Source: Sphingomicrobium sp. (GTDB lineage Bacteria; Pseudomonadota; Alphaproteobacteria; Sphingomonadales; Sphingomonadaceae). Taken from it: a stretch of 64,000 nucleotides of DNA. Under the pieces are notes generated by a model. That model ran no database searches. It was given only the letters and a program-made list of their open reading frames with translations, and had not been told where the DNA came from. Below are positions 1-8,524 of this stretch, piece after piece. Where the stretch lies: assembly GCA_035699505.1 (NCBI GenBank), contig DASSPS010000045.1, forward strand, positions 731-64,730, read 5' to 3'. How positions within the stretch are numbered: the first letter of the stretch is position 1; the number at the start of each line of letters is the position of its first letter. The position numbers and the translations under genes were made by a program.

Positions 1-752
1 CCGCTCTCGCGCGCCTGAAAGCCGGTGTCACAGATGACGATGCAGCGCGGGAGGCGGTACGGGCGAACGCGAGCAGTGGGGTCGCGTGGATCAAGGTCAT
101 GGCGACGCAGCGGGCCGGCACTGCCGACACCGATTTCCGCCAAAGGGCCTTGAGCGATAGCCAGCTCTCTACGGCAACGGTTGAAGCGAAGCGCCACAAT
201 CTTCCGGTTGCCGCCCACGCGCACACTGATGACGGCGTTCGGGGCGCAGTGCTCGCTGGAGTTCGGACCGTTGAGCATGGCACGGCAATTTCGCCGACGA
301 CATTGCGGCTGATGCGTGCTCGACGAGCGTGCTTGGTTCCGACGCTGAGCTTCTGGGCGGACATGGCTGCGCCCGGCGGGGAATATGATGATCCCGCCCT
401 GGCGGCGCGCGGGCGGCAGATGCTCCCAATCGCCATGCACACCGTTCGGCAAGCGCGCCAGGCCGGTGTGATCATCATCGCTGGGAGCGATATGCGTTAC
501 GACCGGACCAGTCCGCTAAATATTGCAGACGAACTCATGCTAATGCGTCAGAGCGGCTTGGACGCGTACCAGGTCGTCCGCGCGGCAACTTCGCTAGCGG
601 CATTATGCCTTGGAGTGGGCGATCGGACCGGCTCGATACGGACAGGGATGGAAGCCGACCTGGTCATAGTCGGCGAAAACCCGACAAGAGACTTCACTGT
701 TCTTAAGCGACCCCTCATGGTGATAAACGACGGAGTTCTCGTTCGGCCTTAG
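1..752 (+). CDS. amidohydrolase family protein (5' end outside window)
   Basis: The frame is open from the window edge to TAG 750-752. The protein has metal-dependent amidohydrolase C-terminal motifs (VAAHAH, VEHGT, IIAGSDM). Confidence 0.7.
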   Translation, partial: ALARLKAGVTDDDAAREAVRANASSGVAWIKVMATQRAGTADTDFRQRALSDSQLSTATVEAKRHNLPVAAHAHTDDGVRGAVLAGVRTVEHGTAISPTTLRLMRARRACLVPTLSFWADMAAPGGEYDDPALAARGRQMLPIAMHTVRQARQAGVIIIAGSDMRYDRTSPLNIADELMLMRQSGLDAYQVVRAATSLAALCLGVGDRTGSIRTGMEADLVIVGENPTRDFTVLKRPLMVINDGVLVRP

Positions 753-771
753 CGCCCCGCCCTCGCCGAAT

Positions 772-797
772 GTCCGCTTTCCACCCAAAGCGGACAC
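772..797. repeat. REP-like hairpin repeat, copy A (gtccgctttccacccaaagcggacac)
   Basis: 9-bp stem GTCCGCTTT/AAAGCGGAC with a 6-nt loop. It matches 1132-1157 at 25 of 26 positions, and a degenerate third copy lies at about 809-833. Confidence 0.7.
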
Positions 798-857
798 CAG
801 CGCTTACGCCCGCTTTCGACCCATTGCGGACATTAGCGATCTTGCTAGCCTACCGGC

Positions 858-1124
858 ATGGGCTTGTACGCTTCGTTCAGATCGCGAGTAGATCGGGCAA
901 TACTTAACTCCCCCGTTCGACCCCTTGGATGCCAGGCCATTTTTCTTCCTGCCATTGTACCGGTTCTGCTCTTGACGCTTATACCGGATCATTGGTCGTT
1001 AGGCTGGTCAGCCTTAGCGTGCTTGGCGCTGACGTTCTTCTGGATTGGGTTCGTAATCCGGAGGGCGTACGTTCTCGACGCCGAGCGGATCGAAGCATCT
1101 CGCAACCAAGACAAGGCGGGCTAG
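858..1124 (+). CDS. hypothetical small membrane protein (2 predicted TM helices)
   Basis: 88-aa ORF with two hydrophobic stretches (AIFLPAIVPVLLLTLIP, LGWSALACLALTFFWIGFVI). It lies in an AT-richer segment flanked by the direct hairpin repeats. I recognise no family. Confidence 0.35.
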   Translation: MGLYASFRSRVDRAILNSPVRPLGCQAIFLPAIVPVLLLTLIPDHWSLGWSALACLALTFFWIGFVIRRAYVLDAERIEASRNQDKAG

Positions 1125-1131
1125 GCGCAAC

Positions 1132-1157
1132 GTCCGCTTTCCACCCAAAGCAGACAC
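1132..1157. repeat. REP-like hairpin repeat, copy C
   Basis: gtccgctttccacccaaagcagacac, a near-identical direct copy of 772-797 with one G>A change in the right arm. Confidence 0.7.
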
Positions 1158-1351
1158 TTGGTCGTGCCAACTATCGTGCCAACGAACCATTAGGCAGAAA
1201 GTCCGTCTCACTTTTTCGGGGCGGACGCATCGGTCGTAACGCTCGGAATTCAATTGGACTTTCGTGGGATCGTCCGCCTTGTGGAACTATCGTGCCAAAG
1301 GTGGCACAGTTGTCCAAGTAAACTCTTGTAATTCAAAGACTTTTGGGCCTT

Positions 1352-1436
1352 TGGTGCCCCTGGTCCGACTCGAACGGACACTCCGGTTAGGAACTCGATT
1401 TTGAGTCGAGCGCGTCTACCATTCCGCCACAGGGGC
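1352..1436 (-). tRNA. tRNA-Leu (anticodon CAA)
   Basis: The reverse complement reads GCCCCTGTGGCGGAATGGTAGACGCGCTCGACTCAAAATCGAG...GGTTCGAGTCGGACCAGGGGCACCA. It has the anticodon loop CT-CAA-AA, a long variable arm, a T-loop GTTCGAGTC and an encoded CCA. Confidence 0.93.
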
Positions 1437-1475
1437 TCCGCAGCGCAGGCTAGCTAGCGGCGACCGCCGCGCTAA

Positions 1476-2996
1476 TCAATTGCGCGGCGCTTGCCGGCGG
1501 TAGCTGAGCGCCTCGGCGACATGGATCCGGGCGACCTGTTCGGCGCCAGCGAGGTCGGCGATGGTCCGGGCGACGCGGAGCACCCGGTGGAAGCCTCGGG
1601 CGGTCAGGCGCATCGCCGAGGCGGCATCGTGGAGCAGTTTGCGGCCGGGGTCGTCCGGAGTCGCCACCCGGTCGAGCAATTCGCCGTCGGCCTCGGCGTT
1701 GGTCCGCACTCCGGCGCCATTGTAGCGGCGCGACTGGACCGACCGCGCGTCGGCCACCCGCACGGCGACTTCGGCGCTGCCCTCCGCCGGCGGCGGCAGG
1801 GTCAAGTCCGCAGCGGAAACGCCCTGCACCTCGACATGCAGGTCAATCCGGTCGAGCAGCGGACCCGACACCTTGGCCTGGTAATCGGCGGCGCAGCGCG
1901 GCGCCCGGCTGCAGGCCAGCGCCGGGTCGCCGAGATGCCCGCAGCGGCACGGGTTCATGGCGGCGACCAGCTGGACCCGGGCGGGGAAGGTGACGTGCGT
2001 GTTGGCGCGGGCGACGCTGACGCTTCCGGTTTCCAGCGGCTGGCGGAGCGAGTCGAGCACCGCCCGCTGGAATTCGGGCAGTTCGTCGAGAAACAGGACG
2101 CCGAGATGCGCCAGACTAATCTCGCCGGGACGGACCCGAAGCCCGCCGCCGACCAGGGCCGGCATCGACGCGCTATGGTGCGGCGCGCGGTAGGGCCGGC
2201 GGCGGACGATCCTGCCGCCGTTGAGCTCCCCGGCGACCGAGGCGACCATCGACACCTCCAGCGCCTCGGCCGGCTCCAGCGGCGGCAGGATTCCCGGCAG
2301 GCAGGCGGCGAGGAGCGACTTGCCGGCCCCTGGGGGCCCGCTCATCAGCAGATTGTGGCCGCCGGCGGCGGCGATCTCGAGAGCGCGCTTGGCCACTTCC
2401 TGGCCCTTGACCTGGGCCAGGTCAGGTCCGCTACCCAGCGGCTCGGCCTCGGCCGCGGGCGGTGACGGCAGCAAGGCCGACCCCTTGAGGTGCGACAGCA
2501 GCGCCAGCAGGTCGGGCGCGCCGAGCACTTCGAGCTCGCCGGCCCAGGCCGCCTCGGCGCCCTGCGCCGCCGGGCAGATCAGCCCCTTGTCCTGGCCGGA
2601 CGCATGGATCGCGGCCAGCAACACCCCCGGCGAGGGCGCAATCCTGCCGTCCAGGCACAATTCGCCGACGGCGACATAATGCGACAGGGATTCGGCATCG
2701 GCCGCGCCGATCGCCGCCAGGAGGCATAGTGCGATCGGCAGGTCATAGTGCGAGCCTTCCTTGGGCAGGTCGGCCGGCGACAGGTTCACGGTGATGACCT
2801 TGGGCGGCAGCGCGAGGCCGATCGAAGCCAGCGCGGCCCGGACCCGCTCGCGGCTTTCGGCGACCGCCTTGTCGGCCAGCCCGACGATGGTGAAGCGCGG
2901 CAGGCCGGAGGACAGTTGCACCTGCACTTCGACCGAGCGCGCTTCGAGCCCGAGATAGGCCACGGTGGCGATGGTGGCGGCCACGCTAGTCGCCAT
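1476..2996 (-). CDS. comM: YifB/ComM family Mg-chelatase-like AAA+ ATPase
   Basis: 506 aa with an N-terminal Lon-protease-like domain, Walker A GPPGAGKS, and a C-terminal Mg-chelatase subunit ChlI-like region. Confidence 0.92.
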   Translation of the reverse strand: MATSVAATIATVAYLGLEARSVEVQVQLSSGLPRFTIVGLADKAVAESRERVRAALASIGLALPPKVITVNLSPADLPKEGSHYDLPIALCLLAAIGAADAESLSHYVAVGELCLDGRIAPSPGVLLAAIHASGQDKGLICPAAQGAEAAWAGELEVLGAPDLLALLSHLKGSALLPSPPAAEAEPLGSGPDLAQVKGQEVAKRALEIAAAGGHNLLMSGPPGAGKSLLAACLPGILPPLEPAEALEVSMVASVAGELNGGRIVRRRPYRAPHHSASMPALVGGGLRVRPGEISLAHLGVLFLDELPEFQRAVLDSLRQPLETGSVSVARANTHVTFPARVQLVAAMNPCRCGHLGDPALACSRAPRCAADYQAKVSGPLLDRIDLHVEVQGVSAADLTLPPPAEGSAEVAVRVADARSVQSRRYNGAGVRTNAEADGELLDRVATPDDPGRKLLHDAASAMRLTARGFHRVLRVARTIADLAGAEQVARIHVAEALSYRRQAPRN

Positions 2997-3172
2997 ACCC
3001 GCGTGAACGGGAACCTAGCAGATGACGGCTGTGGGTCCTCGCTCTAGCGAAGATGACGGCCTGACTGACGCGATGCACATTCCCCCTGGCTCGGCGGATC
3101 GAAGCTAGACCGCGGCGGACCTATCCCGCAAGCGACTTGCGTCACGGCCGCCGACAAACCACATCAAGGTTG

Positions 3173-3565
3173 ATGATGACGCGCGATCAATGGCGGGCAT
3201 TTGTCGACCATCCCGTGGTGGAATGGACGATCTTCGTCGTCGGCGTCCTGTTGATGATCGCGGCGATCCCGGTCGGAGCCCTTCCAGGCCCAGGCGGCGT
3301 CTTCGTGTTTGCGATCGGCCTGGCCATGGTGCTGAAGACCAGCATGTGGGCCAAGCGCCGCTACGTCCGGTTCAAGCGCAAGCAGCCGAAGATTGGCAGG
3401 TGGGCCGACTGGGGACTCAGGCGCCGCAGCGCTCGCCGGCGCGAGGAAATGCTAAGGCAGCAACGGGAAGACGAAGAATCTCTGCTCCCCGAGCCTCCCC
3501 CGAGGCCCCCCGAAACCTGGGCGGACCGGGAGGGCCGCGCCGATATCAGGCCTTCGGCCGATTGA
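3173..3565 (+). CDS. PGPGW-domain putative membrane protein
   Basis: ORF 3137-3565. The likely start is the MMTRDQW ATG at 3173. It has two TM helices with an LPGPGG motif and a basic C-terminal tail. Confidence 0.6.
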   Translation: MMTRDQWRAFVDHPVVEWTIFVVGVLLMIAAIPVGALPGPGGVFVFAIGLAMVLKTSMWAKRRYVRFKRKQPKIGRWADWGLRRRSARRREEMLRQQREDEESLLPEPPPRPPETWADREGRADIRPSAD

Positions 3566-3588
3566 CTTTGCCCGCCCCCTCCCTTAAC

Positions 3589-3629
3589 GGGCCGCACATC
3601 AGCGGCTGCCGGAACGGCGGCCCTTTTTC
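3589..3629 (+). terminator. putative intrinsic terminator
   Basis: GGGCCGC (3589-3595) pairs with GCGGCCC (3617-3623) and is followed by TTTTTCTTT. The loop is long (21 nt). Confidence 0.45.
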
Positions 3630-3645
3630 TTTGAATATTTGAGGC

Positions 3646-4110
3646 ATGAGCGATGAAGCGCACCTTCCAGCCGAGCAATCTCGTCCGCAAGCGCCGGCAC
3701 GGATTCCGGAGCCGCATGGCGACCGTCGGCGGCCGCAAGGTGCTGAACGCGCGCCGCAGCCGCGGCCGCAAGAAGCTCAGCGCCTAGTCACGATTTCCAA
3801 ACGGTCGGATTTCCTTGCCGCGAATGCCGGACGGCGCGCGGCGACGCCGGGATTCGTGCTGCTCGTCCGCGACCGGGAGGACGATGATCCACGCATGCGA
3901 GTCGGATTCACCGTCACCAAGAAAATCGGCGGAGCCGTCGCCCGCAACCGGATGAAGCGCCGCTTCCGCGCCTTGGCCAGGGAAATCATCCCGGTTCATG
4001 GCCGCCCTGGCGCCGATCATGTCATGATCGGGCGGGCCGGCGGCATCGAGCGCGACTTTCAGTCCCTCCGCGGCGACCTAACCGCGGCGCTCGAACGGGC
4101 GCAGCGATGA
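3646..4110 (+). CDS. rnpA: ribonuclease P protein component (start uncertain)
   Basis: The conserved RnpA sequence begins around 3787 ([27 protein letters not shown]...[17 protein letters not shown]). The only in-frame ATG/GTG/TTG upstream of GTG 3856 is ATG 3646. See the finding. Confidence 0.8.
   Translation: MSDEAHLPAEQSRPQAPARIPEPHGDRRRPQGAERAPQPRPQEAQRLVTISKRSDFLAANAGRRAATPGFVLLVRDREDDDPRMRVGFTVTKKIGGAVARNRMKRRFRALAREIIPVHGRPGADHVMIGRAGGIERDFQSLRGDLTAALERAQR
3653..3787 (+). CDS. rpmH: 50S ribosomal protein L34
   Basis: Manual translation gives [49 protein letters not shown] Shine-Dalgarno sits 8 nt upstream. At 44 aa it is below the ORF-track cutoff. Confidence 0.97.
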   Translation: MKRTFQPSNLVRKRRHGFRSRMATVGGRKVLNARRSRGRKKLSA

Positions 4111-4246
4111 TCGCCGACCAAATCATTCTCCCCGAGATTTCTCGGGGAGCGGGACCAGCGAGACTGGTGGAGGGGTATTGCGTCGCCGCCGAGAACGCCC
4201 CTCCACCGCCTTCGACGGTCCCCTTCCCCAGCAAATGCAGGGGAGG

Positions 4247-4465
4247 ATGCCGATGATCGCCAGGCTGCTTATCTGGATCGCCCGCGCCTGGCAGGAGGGC
4301 CCGTCCAAGGTGCTGCCGCCGAGTTGCCGCTACACCCCAAGCTGCTCGGCCTATGCGATTACCGCCTTGTCGCGCTATGGGGCGCTGCGCGGGGGATGGC
4401 TCGCCTTGAAACGCATCCTTCGCTGCCATCCCTGGGGTGGCCAGGGCCCCGACCCTGTTCCCTGA
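4247..4465 (+). CDS. yidD: membrane protein insertion efficiency factor YidD
   Basis: The sequence ...[42 protein letters not shown] is the YidD signature. The start is ATG 4247 or 4253, after GGAGG. Confidence 0.9.
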   Translation: MPMIARLLIWIARAWQEGPSKVLPPSCRYTPSCSAYAITALSRYGALRGGWLALKRILRCHPWGGQGPDPVP

Positions 4466-6198
4466 TGAAAGAGGATCACAAAGACTTGTCCGACAGCCGC
4501 AACATGATCCTCGCCATCGTGCTGAGCGCCCTGGTGCTCATCGGCTGGAGCTTCGCCGCCGACAAATTCTTCCCGACGGCAAGCCCGCCGCCGAGCAAGG
4601 TCGAGACCGGCAAGGCGGACCCGCTGGCGCAGCCCGCCGCCAGCCCGGCGCAGCCGTCCGCGCCATCGGTGCGCAACCGGGCCCAAGTGCTCGGCGAAAC
4701 GCCGCGCGTCCGCATCCAGACCCCGGCCCTGCAGGGGTCGATCAACCTTCGCGGCGGGCGGATCGACGATTTGACCCTGGTCCGCGAGCGCCGGACGATC
4801 GACAAGGATTCGCCGCCGGTCCGGCTGCTGTCGCCTGCCGGCACCGTCGGCGCCTATTTCGCAACCTTCGGCTGGACCGGGGACGGACTCCAGGCGCCTG
4901 GCCCCGACACGATCTGGACAGCGAGCGATTCGACCCTCACTCCGGATAAGCCGGTGACGTTGAGCTGGGCCAATGGCTCCGGCCAACGGTTCGAGCAGGT
5001 CATTTCCGTGGACGAGAATTACCTGTTCACGGTCAGGCAGAGAGTCGTCAACGGGGGAACCGGCGCGGTCGCCGTCCGGCCCTATGGACTGGTCAGCCGG
5101 GCCCGCAGGTCGACTGATCCCGACGGCTGGACAATGCATGTCGGCCCGATGGGATTCCTCGACGGCGCTGCCCATTATGAAGTGAACTGGGACGATCTCG
5201 ACAAGGCCGGCGACGCCGGTAAGCGATTCGACAGCCGCGGTGGCTGGCTGGGCTTCACCGACAAATATTGGCTGACGGCGCTGGCCCCATCGCAGTCCGC
5301 GTCCATCGCCGCCAGCTTCCGCAAGGGCCCGGCCGGCTACCAGGCCGATTATGCTGGCCAACCGGTTATCGTTCCGCCGGGTCAGGCAATGACCACCGAC
5401 ACCCGCTTCTTCGCCGGAGCAAAGGAAAAGACCCTCCTCGACCGCTATGAGGCAGCCGGCATTCCCAAGCTGTCCAAGTCGATCGACTGGGGCTGGTTCG
5501 AATGGTTCATGCGGCCGATCTTCGATCTGCTGAACTGGCTGTTCCGTTATTTCGGCAATTTCGGCGTCGCGATCATCTGCCTGACTCTGATCGTCCGACT
5601 GCTGATGTACCCGATCGCCGACAAGCAGTTCAAATCGATGGCGGCGATGCGCAAGGTGCAGCCAAAGATGAAGGCTCTTCAGGAGCGCTACAAGAACGAC
5701 AAGCAGAAGATGCAGCAGGAGCTGCTGAAGCTGTACCAGCAGGAGAAGATCAACCCCGCCGCCGGCTGCCTGCCGATCCTGCTGCAGATCCCGGTCTTCT
5801 ATGCGCTCTACAAGGTGCTGCTGGTCAGCGTGGAAATGCGGCACCAGCCGTTCGCTTTGTGGATCAACGATTTGTCGGCGCCGGATCACCTCACTCCGAT
5901 CAACCTGTTCGGGTTGCTCGACTTCACGCCGCCGGGCTTCCTTCTAATCGGCGTCCTGCCGATCCTGCTGGGGGTCACCATGTGGCTGCAGTTCAAGCTC
6001 AACCCGCAGCAGCTCGACCCGACGCAGCAGCAGATTTTCGCCATCATGCCCTGGTTCATGATGGTGCTGATGGCCCCCTTCGCCAGCGGCCTGCAACTCT
6101 ACTGGGTCACCAGCAACATCCTGACCATCCTGCAGCAATGGTGGCTGTACAGGCGCTACGGCCTGCATTTCTCCGACACTCACCCGGTCAAGACGTGA
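4465..6198 (+). CDS. yidC: membrane protein insertase YidC
   Basis: ATG 4465 overlaps the yidD stop (ATGA). It has an N-terminal TM helix, a periplasmic domain, and a conserved C-terminal core (CLPILLQIPVFYALYKVL). Confidence 0.95.
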   Translation: MKEDHKDLSDSRNMILAIVLSALVLIGWSFAADKFFPTASPPPSKVETGKADPLAQPAASPAQPSAPSVRNRAQVLGETPRVRIQTPALQGSINLRGGRIDDLTLVRERRTIDKDSPPVRLLSPAGTVGAYFATFGWTGDGLQAPGPDTIWTASDSTLTPDKPVTLSWANGSGQRFEQVISVDENYLFTVRQRVVNGGTGAVAVRPYGLVSRARRSTDPDGWTMHVGPMGFLDGAAHYEVNWDDLDKAGDAGKRFDSRGGWLGFTDKYWLTALAPSQSASIAASFRKGPAGYQADYAGQPVIVPPGQAMTTDTRFFAGAKEKTLLDRYEAAGIPKLSKSIDWGWFEWFMRPIFDLLNWLFRYFGNFGVAIICLTLIVRLLMYPIADKQFKSMAAMRKVQPKMKALQERYKNDKQKMQQELLKLYQQEKINPAAGCLPILLQIPVFYALYKVLLVSVEMRHQPFALWINDLSAPDHLTPINLFGLLDFTPPGFLLIGVLPILLGVTMWLQFKLNPQQLDPTQQQIFAIMPWFMMVLMAPFASGLQLYWVTSNILTILQQWWLYRRYGLHFSDTHPVKT

Positions 6199-6836
6199 TG
6201 CGGGGCGAGCCGGACGTGGAGGAGCAGGCGCGCAAGCTGTTTGCCGGACCAATCGCCTTCCTGAAGTCGGCGCCCAGCCTCCAGTTCCTGCCCGCCGCCG
6301 AGGCTCCGGAAATTGCCTTCGCCGGTCGGTCGAACGTCGGCAAGAGCTCGCTGCTGAATGCGCTGACCAACCGGAAGGCGCTGGCGCGGACGTCGAACAC
6401 GCCGGGGCGGACGCAGGAACTCAACTTCTTCGACGTCGGCGAACCGCTCAAGATTCGCCTGGTCGACATGCCCGGCTACGGCTTTGCCGAAGCGCCGAAG
6501 GACCTGGTCCGCAAGTGGCGGCATTTGATCAACGATTATCTGCGCGGCCGGGCGGTGCTCAAGCGCGCCCTGGTCCTGGTCGATTCCCGGCACGGCCTGA
6601 AGGAAGTCGACCATGACGTCATGCGCATGCTCGACGATGCCGCGGTCAGCTACCACCTGGTGTTGACCAAGGGCGACAAGGTCAAGCCGACCGAGCTGGC
6701 CGGGATCCTCGAGCGGACGACGGCTGAAGCGGCCAGGCATCCCGCCGCGCACCCGACCCTGTTCACGACGTCGAGCGAAACCGGGGCGGGCATCGCCGCG
6801 CTGAGGACGGCGATACTTGACGCCGCGCTTTCCTGA
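6198..6836 (+). CDS. engB: ribosome biogenesis GTP-binding protein YihA/EngB
   Basis: ATG 6198 overlaps the yidC stop. It has the G1 motif GRSNVGKSSLLNAL, a DMPGYG motif and a TKGDK motif. Confidence 0.93.
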   Translation: MRGEPDVEEQARKLFAGPIAFLKSAPSLQFLPAAEAPEIAFAGRSNVGKSSLLNALTNRKALARTSNTPGRTQELNFFDVGEPLKIRLVDMPGYGFAEAPKDLVRKWRHLINDYLRGRAVLKRALVLVDSRHGLKEVDHDVMRMLDDAAVSYHLVLTKGDKVKPTELAGILERTTAEAARHPAAHPTLFTTSSETGAGIAALRTAILDAALS

Positions 6837-6843
6837 GCAAACC

Positions 6844-6919
6844 GTCATGCTGAACTTGTTTCAGCATCCATTCCGGAGAAGTAGGCGGCGGACTGAAAGC
6901 TGGACCCTGAAACAAGTTC
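6844..6919. repeat. REP-like palindromic element, interrupted at its right arm
   Basis: The left arm gtcatgctgaacttgtttcagcatcca (6844-6870) is complementary to the right arm tggaccctgaaacaagttc (6901-6919). That arm continues as agggtgac at 9302-9309, after the inserted element. Confidence 0.7.
6909..6919. repeat. target-site duplication, left copy (gaaacaagttc)
   Basis: An identical 11-mer occurs at 9291-9301, immediately outside the terminal inverted repeats. Confidence 0.65.
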
Positions 6920-6954
6920 GTACTTATCCCCTTGAAACATGTAAGGGGATATGC
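6920..6954. repeat. left terminal inverted repeat (IRL)
   Basis: gtacttatccccttgaaacatgtaaggggatatgc aligned against the reverse complement of 9256-9290 (gaggttataccctttgaacatgtatcagggtcatg). By hand alignment about 24 of 35 positions match. The core ttatNcccttNNaacatgta matches at 17 of 20. Confidence 0.65.
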
Positions 6955-6966
6955 TAGATAATCTGC

Positions 6967-7845
6967 ATGACGCAGAAACAGACCACCCTTCGCCAGTTTC
7001 AGGACCAGTTCCCGACTGAGGATAGCTGCTTAGACCACCTGTTCCAGGTGCGCTACGGCACGGACTTCAATTGCCCGAAGTGCGACCGTCCGGCGAAGTA
7101 CAGCCGCGTTCGTGGCCGCCGCTCCTACCAGTGCCAGTGGTGCGCCAATCAGCTTTACCCAACTGCCGGCACCCCGTTCGATCGCACCCGTACCAGCCTT
7201 CGCGACTGGTTTTATGTGATGTTCCTTTTCACGACCACGCGGAACGGCGTTGCCGCCAAGCGCGTCGAGCGCGAGATTGGCGTTACTTACAAAACCGCGT
7301 GGCGCATGTGCCACGAAATCAGGAAGTATATGGCCACTCTGGACAGCGACGATCCCTTGGGCGGCGAAGGCTACACCGTCGAAATCGACGAAACCCTGAT
7401 CGGCGGTTCCGTCAAAGGCCTGGGCAGCGGTTACAAGGGCAACAAGACCTGCGTAGTCGGCATGCTGGAGCGCGACGGCGAACTGATTACCCGCGTTGTC
7501 AGCCGCCGTACGAAGGAGGCCATGCACGGCCTTATCGGTCAGCATGTCCTGCCCGGCACGACCGTCAACACGGATGAGTTCGGCGGTTACAAAGACCTAT
7601 GCCACAACGGCTATCGGCATGTGAAAGTCAACCATGCTTCGGGCCAGTATGCCAACAAGTCGGGCGCTGGCGTCAACGCGATCGAAGGCTTCTGGGCGCA
7701 ATTGAAGCGCGGCATCAACGGCACGCACATTCATGTCAGTTCGAAGCACCTTTGGAAGTACCTTGGCGAGTTCGAGTACCGCTGGAACATGCGTCAGGTT
7801 CCGCATCTGATGCTTGATCGGCTGCTGCATTCCTTCACCCGCTGA
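6967..7845 (+). CDS. IS1595 family ISXO2-like transposase
   Basis: 292 aa with an N-terminal zinc ribbon (CPKC...CQWC), followed by an ISXO2-like DDE domain (VEIDET, NTDEFGGY, NAIEGFW). Confidence 0.9.
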   Translation: MTQKQTTLRQFQDQFPTEDSCLDHLFQVRYGTDFNCPKCDRPAKYSRVRGRRSYQCQWCANQLYPTAGTPFDRTRTSLRDWFYVMFLFTTTRNGVAAKRVEREIGVTYKTAWRMCHEIRKYMATLDSDDPLGGEGYTVEIDETLIGGSVKGLGSGYKGNKTCVVGMLERDGELITRVVSRRTKEAMHGLIGQHVLPGTTVNTDEFGGYKDLCHNGYRHVKVNHASGQYANKSGAGVNAIEGFWAQLKRGINGTHIHVSSKHLWKYLGEFEYRWNMRQVPHLMLDRLLHSFTR

Positions 7846-7885
7846 GCGTCTCCTAAGTCTTTCACGTTCTGTTCACCCTTGTAAG

Positions 7886-7915
7886 TGTACAGACTTTGGT
7901 ACATATTTATGTACA
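7886..7915. promoter_or_regulatory. putative YefM-YoeB operator: three (T)GTACA cores phased 12 bp apart
   Basis: TGTACA at 7886-7891, GGTACA at 7898-7903 and TGTACA at 7910-7915, lying 18-47 nt upstream of the yefM ATG. Confidence 0.55.
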
Positions 7916-7932
7916 GAGTTTTGGAGAGCCTT

Positions 7933-8208
7933 ATGGACGTTCTGACTTACACAGACGCCCGCGCAAATCTGAAGGGTGTTATGGACCGGGTTGTGGATGA
8001 CATGACGCAGGTCGTTGTCACGCGCCAGAAGGCTGGGCCGGTGGTCATGGTCTCTCTTGAGGAGTGGAACTCCATCACTGAAACTTTGCACCTTCTTTCC
8101 TCGCCTCGGAACGCGGATCGCCTGATTACGGCAATTCGTGAAATCGAGGACGGTGCCTTTGCTGTTGATTACCCACTTGTCGAAGCAGATGAACCCGTTC
8201 CTGCGTGA
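7933..8208 (+). CDS. yefM: type II antitoxin, Phd/YefM family
   Basis: MDVLTYTDARANLKGVMDRVVDD...VVVTRQKAGPVVMVSLEEWNSITETLHLLSSPRNADRL. GGAGAG sits upstream of ATG 7933, and the stop overlaps the toxin start. Confidence 0.9.
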   Translation: MDVLTYTDARANLKGVMDRVVDDMTQVVVTRQKAGPVVMVSLEEWNSITETLHLLSSPRNADRLITAIREIEDGAFAVDYPLVEADEPVPA

Positions 8209-8471
8209 AAATCCTTTGGCATCCGCTTGCATGGGAAGACTACCAGTATTGGGTTGCGTCGGACGCAAAGGTTCATCGCCGCATCAACGATCTACTTAAG
8301 GAGTGCCAGCGCACTCCCTTTAAGGGCACGGGTAAGCCGGAACCGCTAAAGGGCGATTTCAAGGGATGGTGGTCGCGCCGGATTACTGGCGAGGACCGGC
8401 TGGTTTATCGCGTTGAGGGGAAGGCTGGCGATCAGGTTCTTGTGATCGCTCAGTGTCGTTTCCACTACTAG
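8205..8471 (+). CDS. yoeB: type II toxin, Txe/YoeB family mRNA interferase
   Basis: The GTG start overlaps the yefM TGA. The protein aligns by eye along its whole length with E. coli YoeB, including KPEPLK, WSRRIT and a C-terminal ...RFHY where the catalytic E/R/H/Y residues lie. Confidence 0.9.
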   Translation: MKILWHPLAWEDYQYWVASDAKVHRRINDLLKECQRTPFKGTGKPEPLKGDFKGWWSRRITGEDRLVYRVEGKAGDQVLVIAQCRFHY

Positions 8472-8524
8472 CCTTCTTATGCGGCTCGCCTGAAGCCATA
8501 GCCTTTAAGAGGCGGTCGAAGCGG

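Noticed and set aside
772-1157. Repeated hairpins considered as a CRISPR array
   Set aside because: There are only two good copies plus degenerate ones, the spacing is irregular (about 11 and 300 bp), and there are no cas genes. They behave like REP elements.
4375-5889. 504-aa ORF on the minus strand
   Set aside because: It is antisense to yidC and has the same shadow-ORF signature.
7846-7885. Search for a right inverted repeat immediately after the transposase gene, which would give a minimal IS without cargo
   Set aside because: Only a weak resemblance to the left IR (cttacaagggtgaac against cttatccccttgaaac). The much better IR match and the direct repeat are at 9256-9301.
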